Made by a program: the position numbers and the translations under genes. Shown here piece after piece: positions 1-5,130 of a DNA stretch of 6,105 bases. Position 1 is the stretch's first letter. Each line of letters starts with the position of its first letter. Source of the stretch: a virus. The notes under the pieces are model-generated. The model did not search any database and was not told where the DNA came from. It was given only the letters and a program-made list of their open reading frames with translations. The DNA is taken from positions 1 through 6,105 of IMG/VR virus record IMGVR_UViG_3300020029_000034; one strand, 5' to 3'.

Positions 1-121
1 CCTCAGCCTCATCACGAGCAGCGGCAGCCTTATTGCGTTCAATGGTTGAATTGACGCCCATGGCCTCAAGAGCAGTTCCAGCAGCGGCAGAACCGACACC
101 AGGAGGCAGAGGGCTTGAGAA
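1..121. repeat. Terminal direct repeat, copy 1. It is identical to 5985-6105 and is a circular-contig overlap.
   Basis: I compared the two ends base by base. cctcagcctcatcacgagcagcggcagcc...gagggcttgagaa occurs at both ends. Confidence 0.95.
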
Positions 122-520
122 ATCAAAAGACCCACCAGAAGGACCAGAAGCGCCTACAGAGCCAGCGGAACCGCCGGACATAGTGGCGTTAACACCAACG
201 CCCGAAGAGCCAAGAACGGCAGCGGGCGTAACGCCAGCTTTGAGATAACGGTCAAAAACCTTCGAAGGGTCGTTATAGGCATTCTCATAGTCAAACTGCT
301 TTTGCCAGTTAGCATAGTTAATTTCACCCTGCTTCTGCATCTGCTCCAACGCATACTGTTGCTGGAGCTTCATTTGTTTTTGCTGATATTTCCATTGTCT
401 CTTAAGGGATGGCTTAAAAAGACCAGAGGCAACCTGACCGCCAGCAGAAATACCCGAAGCACCAAGAATAGCGCCGGTAGAAACGGGTTCAACGTAGCTC
501 TTGAAATCAACAAGTTGCAT
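1..520 (-). CDS. VP2: VP2 minor capsid / DNA pilot protein, N-terminal part. The true ATG is at 520-518. The gene continues across the circle junction into 5984..5131.
   Basis: I hand-translated the minus strand in the frame of the 5131..6045 ORF. It stays open from 121 up to an in-frame TAG at 562-560, and the first ATG is at 520. The N-terminus reads MQLVDFKSYVEPVSTGAILGASGISAGGQVASGLFKPSLKRQWKYQQKQMKLQQQYALEQMQKQGEINYANWQKQFDYENAYNDPSKVFDRYLKAGVTPAAVLGSSG... It has a Q/K-rich segment and a YLKAGVTPAAVLG motif resembling the conserved K-A-A-G-L-N-P block of microvirus VP2. Total length is 1,374 nt, giving 457 aa. Confidence 0.85.
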   Translation of the reverse strand, partial: MQLVDFKSYVEPVSTGAILGASGISAGGQVASGLFKPSLKRQWKYQQKQMKLQQQYALEQMQKQGEINYANWQKQFDYENAYNDPSKVFDRYLKAGVTPAAVLGSSGVGVNATMSGGSAGSVGASGPSGGSFDFSSPLPPGVGSAAAGTALEAMGVNSTIERNKAAAARDEAE

Positions 521-521
521 A

Positions 522-713
522 CTACGGGAGTGTAAAATTATTAGAACGAATAATATAATCTACCCGAACGGTGTCGATATGAACACCAGAACGAGCAACC
601 TTGGCTTGCGCGGAACACGAGGACAAGAAAAAGGCAGCCAAAGCAGCAACAATAGACGAGACGAGGGTCCAAAACGCCTTCGACTTATAGAACGGTTGTT
701 TAGTATCAGACAT
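522..713 (-). CDS. Small membrane/lipoprotein candidate of 63 aa, with a signal-anchor plus lipobox. An alternative upstream ATG at 824 would give 100 aa.
   Basis: The sequence is MSDTKQPFYKSKAFWTLVSSIVAALAAFFLSSCSAQAKVARSGVHIDTVRVDYIIRSNNFTLP. It has a Lys-rich n-region, a hydrophobic core of about 17 aa, and L-S-S-C matching the [LVI][ASTVI][GAS]C lipobox. The stop TAG at 524-522 lies 1 nt from the VP2 ATG (TAGTATG). Confidence 0.6.
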   Translation of the reverse strand: MSDTKQPFYKSKAFWTLVSSIVAALAAFFLSSCSAQAKVARSGVHIDTVRVDYIIRSNNFTLP

Positions 714-743
714 AATAGTAAAATTTAAAGAACGATAGAAAAA

Positions 744-816
744 TGCGCGGCCTCTCCTGCAGTCGTTACCAATAACCTTCAGCAATTCACGGACTCTCGC
801 AGAAGGGGTCCGCGCA
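744..816. repeat. GC-rich inverted repeat, TGCGCGG (744-750) pairing with CCGCGCA (810-816). It closes a region of about 59 nt in the largest noncoding stretch.
   Basis: The arms are exact reverse complements by eye. Locally the region is much more GC-rich than the surrounding AT-rich spacers. Its function is unknown and it overlaps the optional 5' extension of the 100-aa ORF. Confidence 0.45.
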
Positions 817-846
817 CGTAGCATATATCGTCAAGTAAAGGATATA

Positions 847-1143
847 CTATTTTTCTTCAGAATCAGTGGATTTAGAAGCAGACTTCGACCTATCTATCTC
901 CGAGTCAATAAGTTCCTGTCCGACTTCAAGACCATCGAATTTATCCATACGAGAGAATGAATTAGGGTCAAAATCAATATCGGGATTAAACTTCTCACCC
1001 TTATCAAAATCAGACGATGATGCCTCAACATCCGGACGACCAGGAAGAACATCGATAGAGCCAGAGCCATCGAGAACAGAAAGAATACGCTGACCGCGCG
1101 AGACATACTCAGGAGTATCCTCAATTAACCAATCAAGTGCCAT
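847..1143 (-). CDS. Acidic 98-aa protein. It is a putative internal scaffolding protein (VP3-like), assigned by position and composition only.
   Basis: ATG is at 1143-1141 and TAG at 849-847. The protein is very rich in Asp/Glu/Ser (MALDWLIEDTPEYVSRGQRILSVLDGSGSIDVLPGRPDVEASSSDFDKGEKFNPDIDFDPNSF...). It lies between VP1 and VP2, as small scaffold genes do in related microviruses. I recognised no motif-level match. Confidence 0.5.
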   Translation of the reverse strand: MALDWLIEDTPEYVSRGQRILSVLDGSGSIDVLPGRPDVEASSSDFDKGEKFNPDIDFDPNSFSRMDKFDGLEVGQELIDSEIDRSKSASKSTDSEEK

Positions 1144-1168
1144 AATGTAGAAATTTTGAACATTGAAA

Positions 1169-1194
1169 CCGGAGTACTAATCTCCGATCGGAGA
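1169..1194 (-). promoter_or_regulatory. Cluster of CCGGAG/CTCCG/CGGAGA arms that can form two mutually exclusive hairpins between the VP1 stop and the VP3-like start. It contains a GATC site.
   Basis: A perfect 14-nt palindrome, tctccgatcggaga, sits at 1181-1194. In addition, cggag (1170-1174) can pair with ctccg (1182-1186) across a 7-nt loop. No clean U-tract follows, so this is not a canonical terminator. Confidence 0.4.
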
Positions 1195-1229
1195 CCAATA
1201 CCCAGGAAAAACAACGAAATATTGAACAA

Positions 1230-3029
1230 TTAACGATTAGATAAACGGGTTGCAAACGTCTTATTAATCAAATTCTTCTTCTGGACCGAATAGGACATAT
1301 TTATAAAGAAGTTATCCTCTACGTTAGAGGCAAAGGGTGAATTAACCTGAGCCATATCCACAAAGAGTGCAGGATAATAATTAGCACTAGCAGAGCCTAC
1401 ATACGAAAAACCAAGCGAACGCTGCTGCACCCAATACGAATAAAGGGTCTTAGGGACACCTAACGCAGGCGAAGGATACGAAGACAGAGAGCCTAATACC
1501 TCATCGTAAGACGAGCGGAACTCATTAAAACAAGGCTCGTAAGCGACGGCGAGGCCAAGGTTTGAGCCCGCAGCATTACTAAAAAGCCGCGCGGCAGGAA
1601 CATCTTGGTATCCAATATCGTTGTAAATAGGGTTAAAATAATCTGGCCCTTGATAATTTAAATAATCAGGGGTGATACCACTCCAGAAGTAAATAGGGCG
1701 AATGCTTAACATATCAATCATATAGCCGGGCTCACGGAAATAGTAAGACTGTCGGCGGCCTAATCTATCATTGAAAGCGATAGCGCCGCCTTGCTGTCCT
1801 AGAGGGCCATTTGTGCCTGCACTGGCAAAATTGTTCTGTCCAGCCTGATTCATAACAATCTGAACGTTGACAGTTTGAGAAGCGCTAAAAAGAAGCTTAG
1901 GGCGGTCTACATGCTCAATTTTAGAAGCAAAGAATGTCTCGAGCCAATCACTATAACGACTTCCTCCGGCGCCGAGAAGGTCCTTATACTCCTGAAGGCG
2001 AGAAGCGATAGCTAACTGCGGAATAGTGTTTACTCCAGTCATAGAAACAGCAGACGAAGCACCTACGGGGATAAGACGGCTAAAACGGTCGGGGTTTGAA
2101 GGTACAACAGCCATAGGATGTGCAAACAAGAAAACTGAAATGCCAGAGACAGAGGCACTACCTTCAGAGGTGGAGAACTGACCAGCAGGACCATGACCGA
2201 TCGCGATATTAGCACTACTGGGCAATGTGGAAGAAACGGGGTAGCCATTCTGATCACCGCCCGAAGGAAGTTGGGATGCGACTATCTGGTAAAACAAATT
2301 GCCTCTATTGAAAGTGTTATTTGTGCTCGAAACAGCCGATGGGTAAAACTGACTCTCAAAATAGGCGTCAAGAAACTCCAGGTTAGCAAACTCTTGCTTA
2401 AAAAACGCAGCTTCTGAAGCAAAAGAAAAGGAGTTATCTTGAATCGACCAGGAAGCAGGCCACGCAATCGAATACAAAGACCACTGCGAGTAGCTATAGT
2501 AATTACGGACGATATCCCAATAGGCTAAATATGTATCAGCGTTTGCCCACTGATTAACCGCAGCGCCAGTAGGAAGACTAGCGGTATAAGGAGGTTGATT
2601 AGAAAGCTGGAGCGATGTCTTATTGGAGACGCGAAGCCAAGACATAAGCGAATTGGGGAAGGCTCGCGAAGCACCAAGGGCGGAATTAGGGGTGGTTGTC
2701 CCCGAGGTGCCAACAAGAGCGGTAATCCAATTTAAACTCAAGTCGTTCATGTCAAACTTACTGCTATTCGTCCTCAATTCGGGATGGTATAACTGAAGCG
2801 GCACCCAGAAACGATGAAGTCGAATAGTATAGGGGTTAAACGTTGGGACAGCAAGGGGATTACTGCGGACGTCGATACCCTGTTCGATAGAAACGCGGTC
2901 ACGAGCATTGATGAAATCGATGCGCACAGGATACAAAATACCCGGTGTGCACGTAAAGGCCTTACTCTCGGGAACATCATAGCGAGAGTAACCGTTTACA
3001 ACGTGTGAGATAAAAGGTTGTTTTCCCAT
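1230..3029 (-). CDS. VP1: Major capsid protein VP1 (phiX174 F homolog family), 599 aa.
   Basis: This is the largest ORF, with ATG at 3029-3027 and TAA at 1232-1230. It starts 3 nt after the VP4 stop (TAATTTATG). Its size, and N-terminal segments such as ...GILYPVRIDFINARDRV... and ...LHRFWVPLQLY..., resemble the conserved beta-strand region (FFVPxRL-like) of microvirus capsid proteins. This is recognition by eye only. Confidence 0.88.
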   Translation of the reverse strand: MGKQPFISHVVNGYSRYDVPESKAFTCTPGILYPVRIDFINARDRVSIEQGIDVRSNPLAVPTFNPYTIRLHRFWVPLQLYHPELRTNSSKFDMNDLSLNWITALVGTSGTTTPNSALGASRAFPNSLMSWLRVSNKTSLQLSNQPPYTASLPTGAAVNQWANADTYLAYWDIVRNYYSYSQWSLYSIAWPASWSIQDNSFSFASEAAFFKQEFANLEFLDAYFESQFYPSAVSSTNNTFNRGNLFYQIVASQLPSGGDQNGYPVSSTLPSSANIAIGHGPAGQFSTSEGSASVSGISVFLFAHPMAVVPSNPDRFSRLIPVGASSAVSMTGVNTIPQLAIASRLQEYKDLLGAGGSRYSDWLETFFASKIEHVDRPKLLFSASQTVNVQIVMNQAGQNNFASAGTNGPLGQQGGAIAFNDRLGRRQSYYFREPGYMIDMLSIRPIYFWSGITPDYLNYQGPDYFNPIYNDIGYQDVPAARLFSNAAGSNLGLAVAYEPCFNEFRSSYDEVLGSLSSYPSPALGVPKTLYSYWVQQRSLGFSYVGSASANYYPALFVDMAQVNSPFASNVEDNFFINMSYSVQKKNLINKTFATRLSNR

Positions 3030-3032
3030 AAA

Positions 3033-4103
3033 TTAAATAATTAGTTGAAGTTTATAGTGGTCTCTCCAAAACTGAAGAATATCCAAATCTAACCAGGTAG
3101 GGGGGTCAAAGTCAGGCATTTTCCGAGAGGTAGAGGAAAAGCGCATCACTTGCTTTTGCTCCCACGTATACGACGCTCTACGGGATACGGCGGAATCGAG
3201 GCCGAACCGTTTAACACACAGAGACACAATACGCCTAACCAGAGGAGACTTGCTAAAATGCGCATAGCTATCAGCAGCGGTAATCGAACGTATAACCTCG
3301 TCTTCTGGTTTAAGATAACGATGATAGTATCGAGGAATCGAGTAATTATAATTGACAGAGGTCTTAGTATCATAATAAGACCAAGTCGAAGTACGGGCAG
3401 AAGGGCGAGGCATATAACCAAGAAAATCACCAACGCCAGCAGATACGAATTTTCGCGTATAACGGCGATGTTGGAGGAGAGTAGCCAAAGGTGTAATTTT
3501 TCCATTTAAGGTAACGAATTTGTCCGAGATTTCCTCGGGGTTAAACTGAATTTGTTTAGTAACATACTTAACGCAATAACGAGCGCGCCTGTGGGTTGCT
3601 TTTGCAAGCCACACGAAACCAAGGTCCCGAACAGCAGAACGAATCGTATTATAGAGAACGTTTGTGCCAAACAGAAAGCCGTGGAAATGCAATCGAGGCT
3701 CGCTTCCTGTTTCTGGGTGGGTACCAAACTCCTGGAAAAAAGCGTGTTTGAACGAATGACCGAGCGTATGACGCATGCGTTCATTGAATTTTCGAATAAA
3801 CCAGGATGGGTCAAGCAAGGCTTCATTATAATACTTCGGAGCAATCGTTATTGTAATAAAAATGGCCTGCTGATTATTAGCCTTACAGCAAGCAAGCTCA
3901 CGCTCGAGCCGGATAAACCAATCATTACGCTGACGACGTAGGCAATCTTCACACTTCCCGCACGGCACCATCAGCCACTGACGAGCGACATCCCAGGGAC
4001 GAAGAGCCAAAGCGGACTTAGCAACATCGGAGCCATTGCGACAAGGGTTCTTCTTGTCAAAATAGCGACGATTACGTATCCATATGGGAGAGGAGCAAGG
4101 CAT
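3033..4103 (-). CDS. VP4: Replication initiation protein VP4 (HUH rolling-circle endonuclease, phiX174 gpA family), 356 aa.
   Basis: The N-terminus MPCSSPIWIRN and the Cys cluster PCGKCEDC are typical of the family. Motif 1 is IFITITI (aa 81-87). Motif 2 is the HUH element LHFHGFLF (aa 138-145), verified by hand translation of nt 3669-3692. Motif 3 is YCVKYVTK (aa 176-183, nt 3555-3578), carrying the catalytic Tyr pair. Confidence 0.93.
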   Translation of the reverse strand: MPCSSPIWIRNRRYFDKKNPCRNGSDVAKSALALRPWDVARQWLMVPCGKCEDCLRRQRNDWFIRLERELACCKANNQQAIFITITIAPKYYNEALLDPSWFIRKFNERMRHTLGHSFKHAFFQEFGTHPETGSEPRLHFHGFLFGTNVLYNTIRSAVRDLGFVWLAKATHRRARYCVKYVTKQIQFNPEEISDKFVTLNGKITPLATLLQHRRYTRKFVSAGVGDFLGYMPRPSARTSTWSYYDTKTSVNYNYSIPRYYHRYLKPEDEVIRSITAADSYAHFSKSPLVRRIVSLCVKRFGLDSAVSRRASYTWEQKQVMRFSSTSRKMPDFDPPTWLDLDILQFWRDHYKLQLII

Positions 4104-4303
4104 TAAAAAAGGCTCTTAAGACAGTCAAACTTAAGATAAGGGTTAGTACGACGACAGCGAACAAGATAATCATTCGCAAAGCTTTCATCGGCAAACCAAG
4201 CAATAACAACTCGCTTTCTACCACGATATGTGCCAATAGAATAACGATGAGGGGCACCATTAATAATAGGGGAAAACTTAGGCCTAAAATCGATATAATC
4301 CAT
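4103..4303 (-). CDS. Hypothetical basic 66-aa protein (orf66). Its stop overlaps the VP4 start.
   Basis: ATG is at 4303-4301. The stop TAA (4105-4103) overlaps the VP4 ATG (4103-4101) as TAATG, which suggests translational coupling. The sequence is MDYIDFRPKFSPIINGAPHRYSIGTYRGRKRVVIAWFADESFANDYLVRCRRTNPYLKFDCLKSLF. I recognised no family. Confidence 0.6.
   Translation of the reverse strand: MDYIDFRPKFSPIINGAPHRYSIGTYRGRKRVVIAWFADESFANDYLVRCRRTNPYLKFDCLKSLF
4126..4133 (-). promoter_or_regulatory. Isolated TAAGTTTG (TAnnTTTG) -7-like element 23 nt upstream of the VP4 ATG. It is a possible internal promoter.
   Basis: Plus-strand caaactta at 4126-4133 reads TAAGTTTG on the minus strand. There is no TTTG at the expected -33 distance, and a 6-fixed-base motif is expected about once per strand in 6 kb by chance. 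Confidence 0.2.
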
Positions 4304-4330
4304 GACTTTAAGATGTTATTCGGTATCGGT

Positions 4331-4367
4331 TATAAGAAAACCCCAGGAAACGAAATGTCTCCTGGGG
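4331..4367 (-). terminator. Rho-independent-type hairpin terminator, or mRNA-stabilising hairpin, on the minus strand.
   Basis: The minus strand reads CCCCAGGA-gacatttcgtt-TCCTGGGG followed by TTTTCTTATA. The stem is a perfect 8 bp (4341-4348 with 4360-4367) and can extend by G-U and A-U pairs to 10 bp with a 7-nt loop. It lies in the 73-nt spacer after the basic-peptide stop and before orf66. Confidence 0.6.
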
Positions 4368-4376
4368 AATCACGGG

Positions 4377-4451
4377 TTAAAGAATTCTTCCACCAAGAGG
4401 GCGGGTAACTACCTTAGTTCCCTTTCCCTTCTTCTTTCGACGCGACTTCAT
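4377..4451 (-). CDS. Candidate 24-aa highly basic peptide, a J / ORF8-like ssDNA-binding packaging protein analog. It is in the +1 frame and overlaps the 3' end of orf107.
   Basis: ATG at 4451-4449 and TAA at 4379-4377 give MKSRRKKKGKGTKVVTRPLGGRIL. Ten of the 24 residues are K/R and none is acidic, followed by a P-L-G-G-R tail. Its size and composition resemble phiX174/G4 protein J and the small basic ORF8 of SpV4 and the chlamydiaphages. It is the tail of the 60-aa track ORF 4377..4559. Confidence 0.4.
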   Translation of the reverse strand: MKSRRKKKGKGTKVVTRPLGGRIL

Positions 4452-4737
4452 GGGGATTAATGTTAAGATTAAACATGAGAACCAGCGTATTGTCAAAATA
4501 ATCAATACCAAAGCCAGGGAGAGAACAAAGGGCCGAAATAAGACGGGAGATATCCCCATGGTCGAGGTAGAGCGATTCAGAGATACCCGAACTCTTCAGA
4601 AAAGAGTGAACAGGAGTGTCTTCGAAAACGTCGACAGGCAACGAAATGAACTGTCCATCTTCTATATGTCCAATCTGGACAAGATCAATCTTAAGGGCGG
4701 GATTAATACGACGAGCAACAAGGTGAATCTGTGTCAT
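4414..4737 (-). CDS. Hypothetical 107-aa acidic protein (orf107).
   Basis: ATG is at 4737-4735 and TAA at 4416-4414. It starts 16 nt after the orf104 stop and shares the strand and packing of the other genes. I recognised no domain. Confidence 0.6.
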   Translation of the reverse strand: MTQIHLVARRINPALKIDLVQIGHIEDGQFISLPVDVFEDTPVHSFLKSSGISESLYLDHGDISRLISALCSLPGFGIDYFDNTLVLMFNLNINPHEVASKEEGKGN

Positions 4738-4753
4738 AGCAAAAAAAAATAAA

Positions 4754-5068
4754 TTAAATAAAATGAGGAAGCGATTTAGCGAAATGTTCCCACTCTAGCG
4801 AAACGTTAAACCAAAAATTGAGACCCTCGGGGGTTGAATCAAAGGGAAAAGCCGAAACAATAACATCAGAAAAAGTGGTGTTAGGCGAATCCAGGGTGAG
4901 AGAAACAAACTCACGAACAGCAGCACGAGGGGTCGTAGGCCCAACCCTGGCGGACATAAGGTTGTCTACGAATTTCGAGTAAAGGCCACGACGACAAAGC
5001 CATTCAGAAAGCACGTGATCGAAAATGTCGACAAGTAGTGCATTTAAATCGAGATTACGATTTTTCAT
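4754..5068 (-). CDS. Hypothetical 104-aa protein (orf104) with an aromatic-rich C-terminal segment.
   Basis: ATG is at 5068-5066 and TAA at 4756-4754. It is the first gene after the predicted promoter. The C-terminus reads AFPFDSTPEGLNFWFNVSLEWEHF. I cannot name a family with confidence. Confidence 0.6.
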   Translation of the reverse strand: MKNRNLDLNALLVDIFDHVLSEWLCRRGLYSKFVDNLMSARVGPTTPRAAVREFVSLTLDSPNTTFSDVIVSAFPFDSTPEGLNFWFNVSLEWEHFAKSLPHFI

Positions 5069-5095
5069 AATATAAAGGTTATTGGTTTAACACTG

Positions 5096-5126
5096 CAAAT
5101 ATAACAAAAGAAAATAAAACTCCAAA
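5096..5126 (-). promoter_or_regulatory. Bacteroidota-type promoter: -33 TTTG, a 19-nt spacer, then -7 TATATTTG (TAnnTTTG).
   Basis: The minus strand reads TTTG(5126-5123)-gagttttattttcttttgt-TATATTTG(5103-5096). The element sits in the 62-nt spacer between the VP2 stop (5131) and the orf104 ATG (5068), which places a likely start site about 20-25 nt before the ATG. Confidence 0.5.
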
Positions 5127-5130
5127 AAAA

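Noticed and set aside
1-121. The terminal repeat as a biological DTR, LTR or IS end.
   Set aside because: The repeat is direct and exact, and it sits inside the VP2 coding frame with the frame preserved across the join. That is the signature of a circular molecule reported with overlapping ends. Microviridae have no terminal repeats.
503-520. CAACTTG on the minus strand at the very start of VP2 (ATGCAACTTGTTGATTTC), which matches the 7-nt core of the phiX174 gpA nick site CAACTTG/ATATTAAT.
   Set aside because: Only the 7-mer matches and the downstream AT-rich recognition sequence does not. A 7-mer is expected roughly once in about 12 kb of two-strand sequence by chance. VP4 of this lineage is too diverged from gpA to assume the same origin.
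2753-2760. A TAAGTTTG (TAnnTTTG) match inside VP1 as an internal promoter.
   Set aside because: It is deep inside the capsid gene, has no TTTG at the -33 distance, and no downstream ORF start. It is consistent with the chance expectation for a motif with six fixed bases.
2063-3844. Same-strand alternate-frame ORFs inside VP1 and VP4: 2063..2257, 2282..2467, 2525..2716, 2774..2980, 3146..3505 and 3506..3844. The same applies to 4072..4260, 5445..5630 and 5850..6083.
   Set aside because: They are uniformly Leu/Ile/Phe/Arg-rich low-information translations, typical of an off-frame reading of T-rich codons. None has independent signals, and such ORFs occur throughout the genome, so none stands out.
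4741-4749. An A9 homopolymer (T9 on the coding strand) as a slippage or frameshift site.
   Set aside because: It lies in the 16-nt spacer between the orf104 stop and the orf107 ATG and is not inside a reading frame. At most it is a sequencing-error-prone run or part of an AT-rich translation initiation region.
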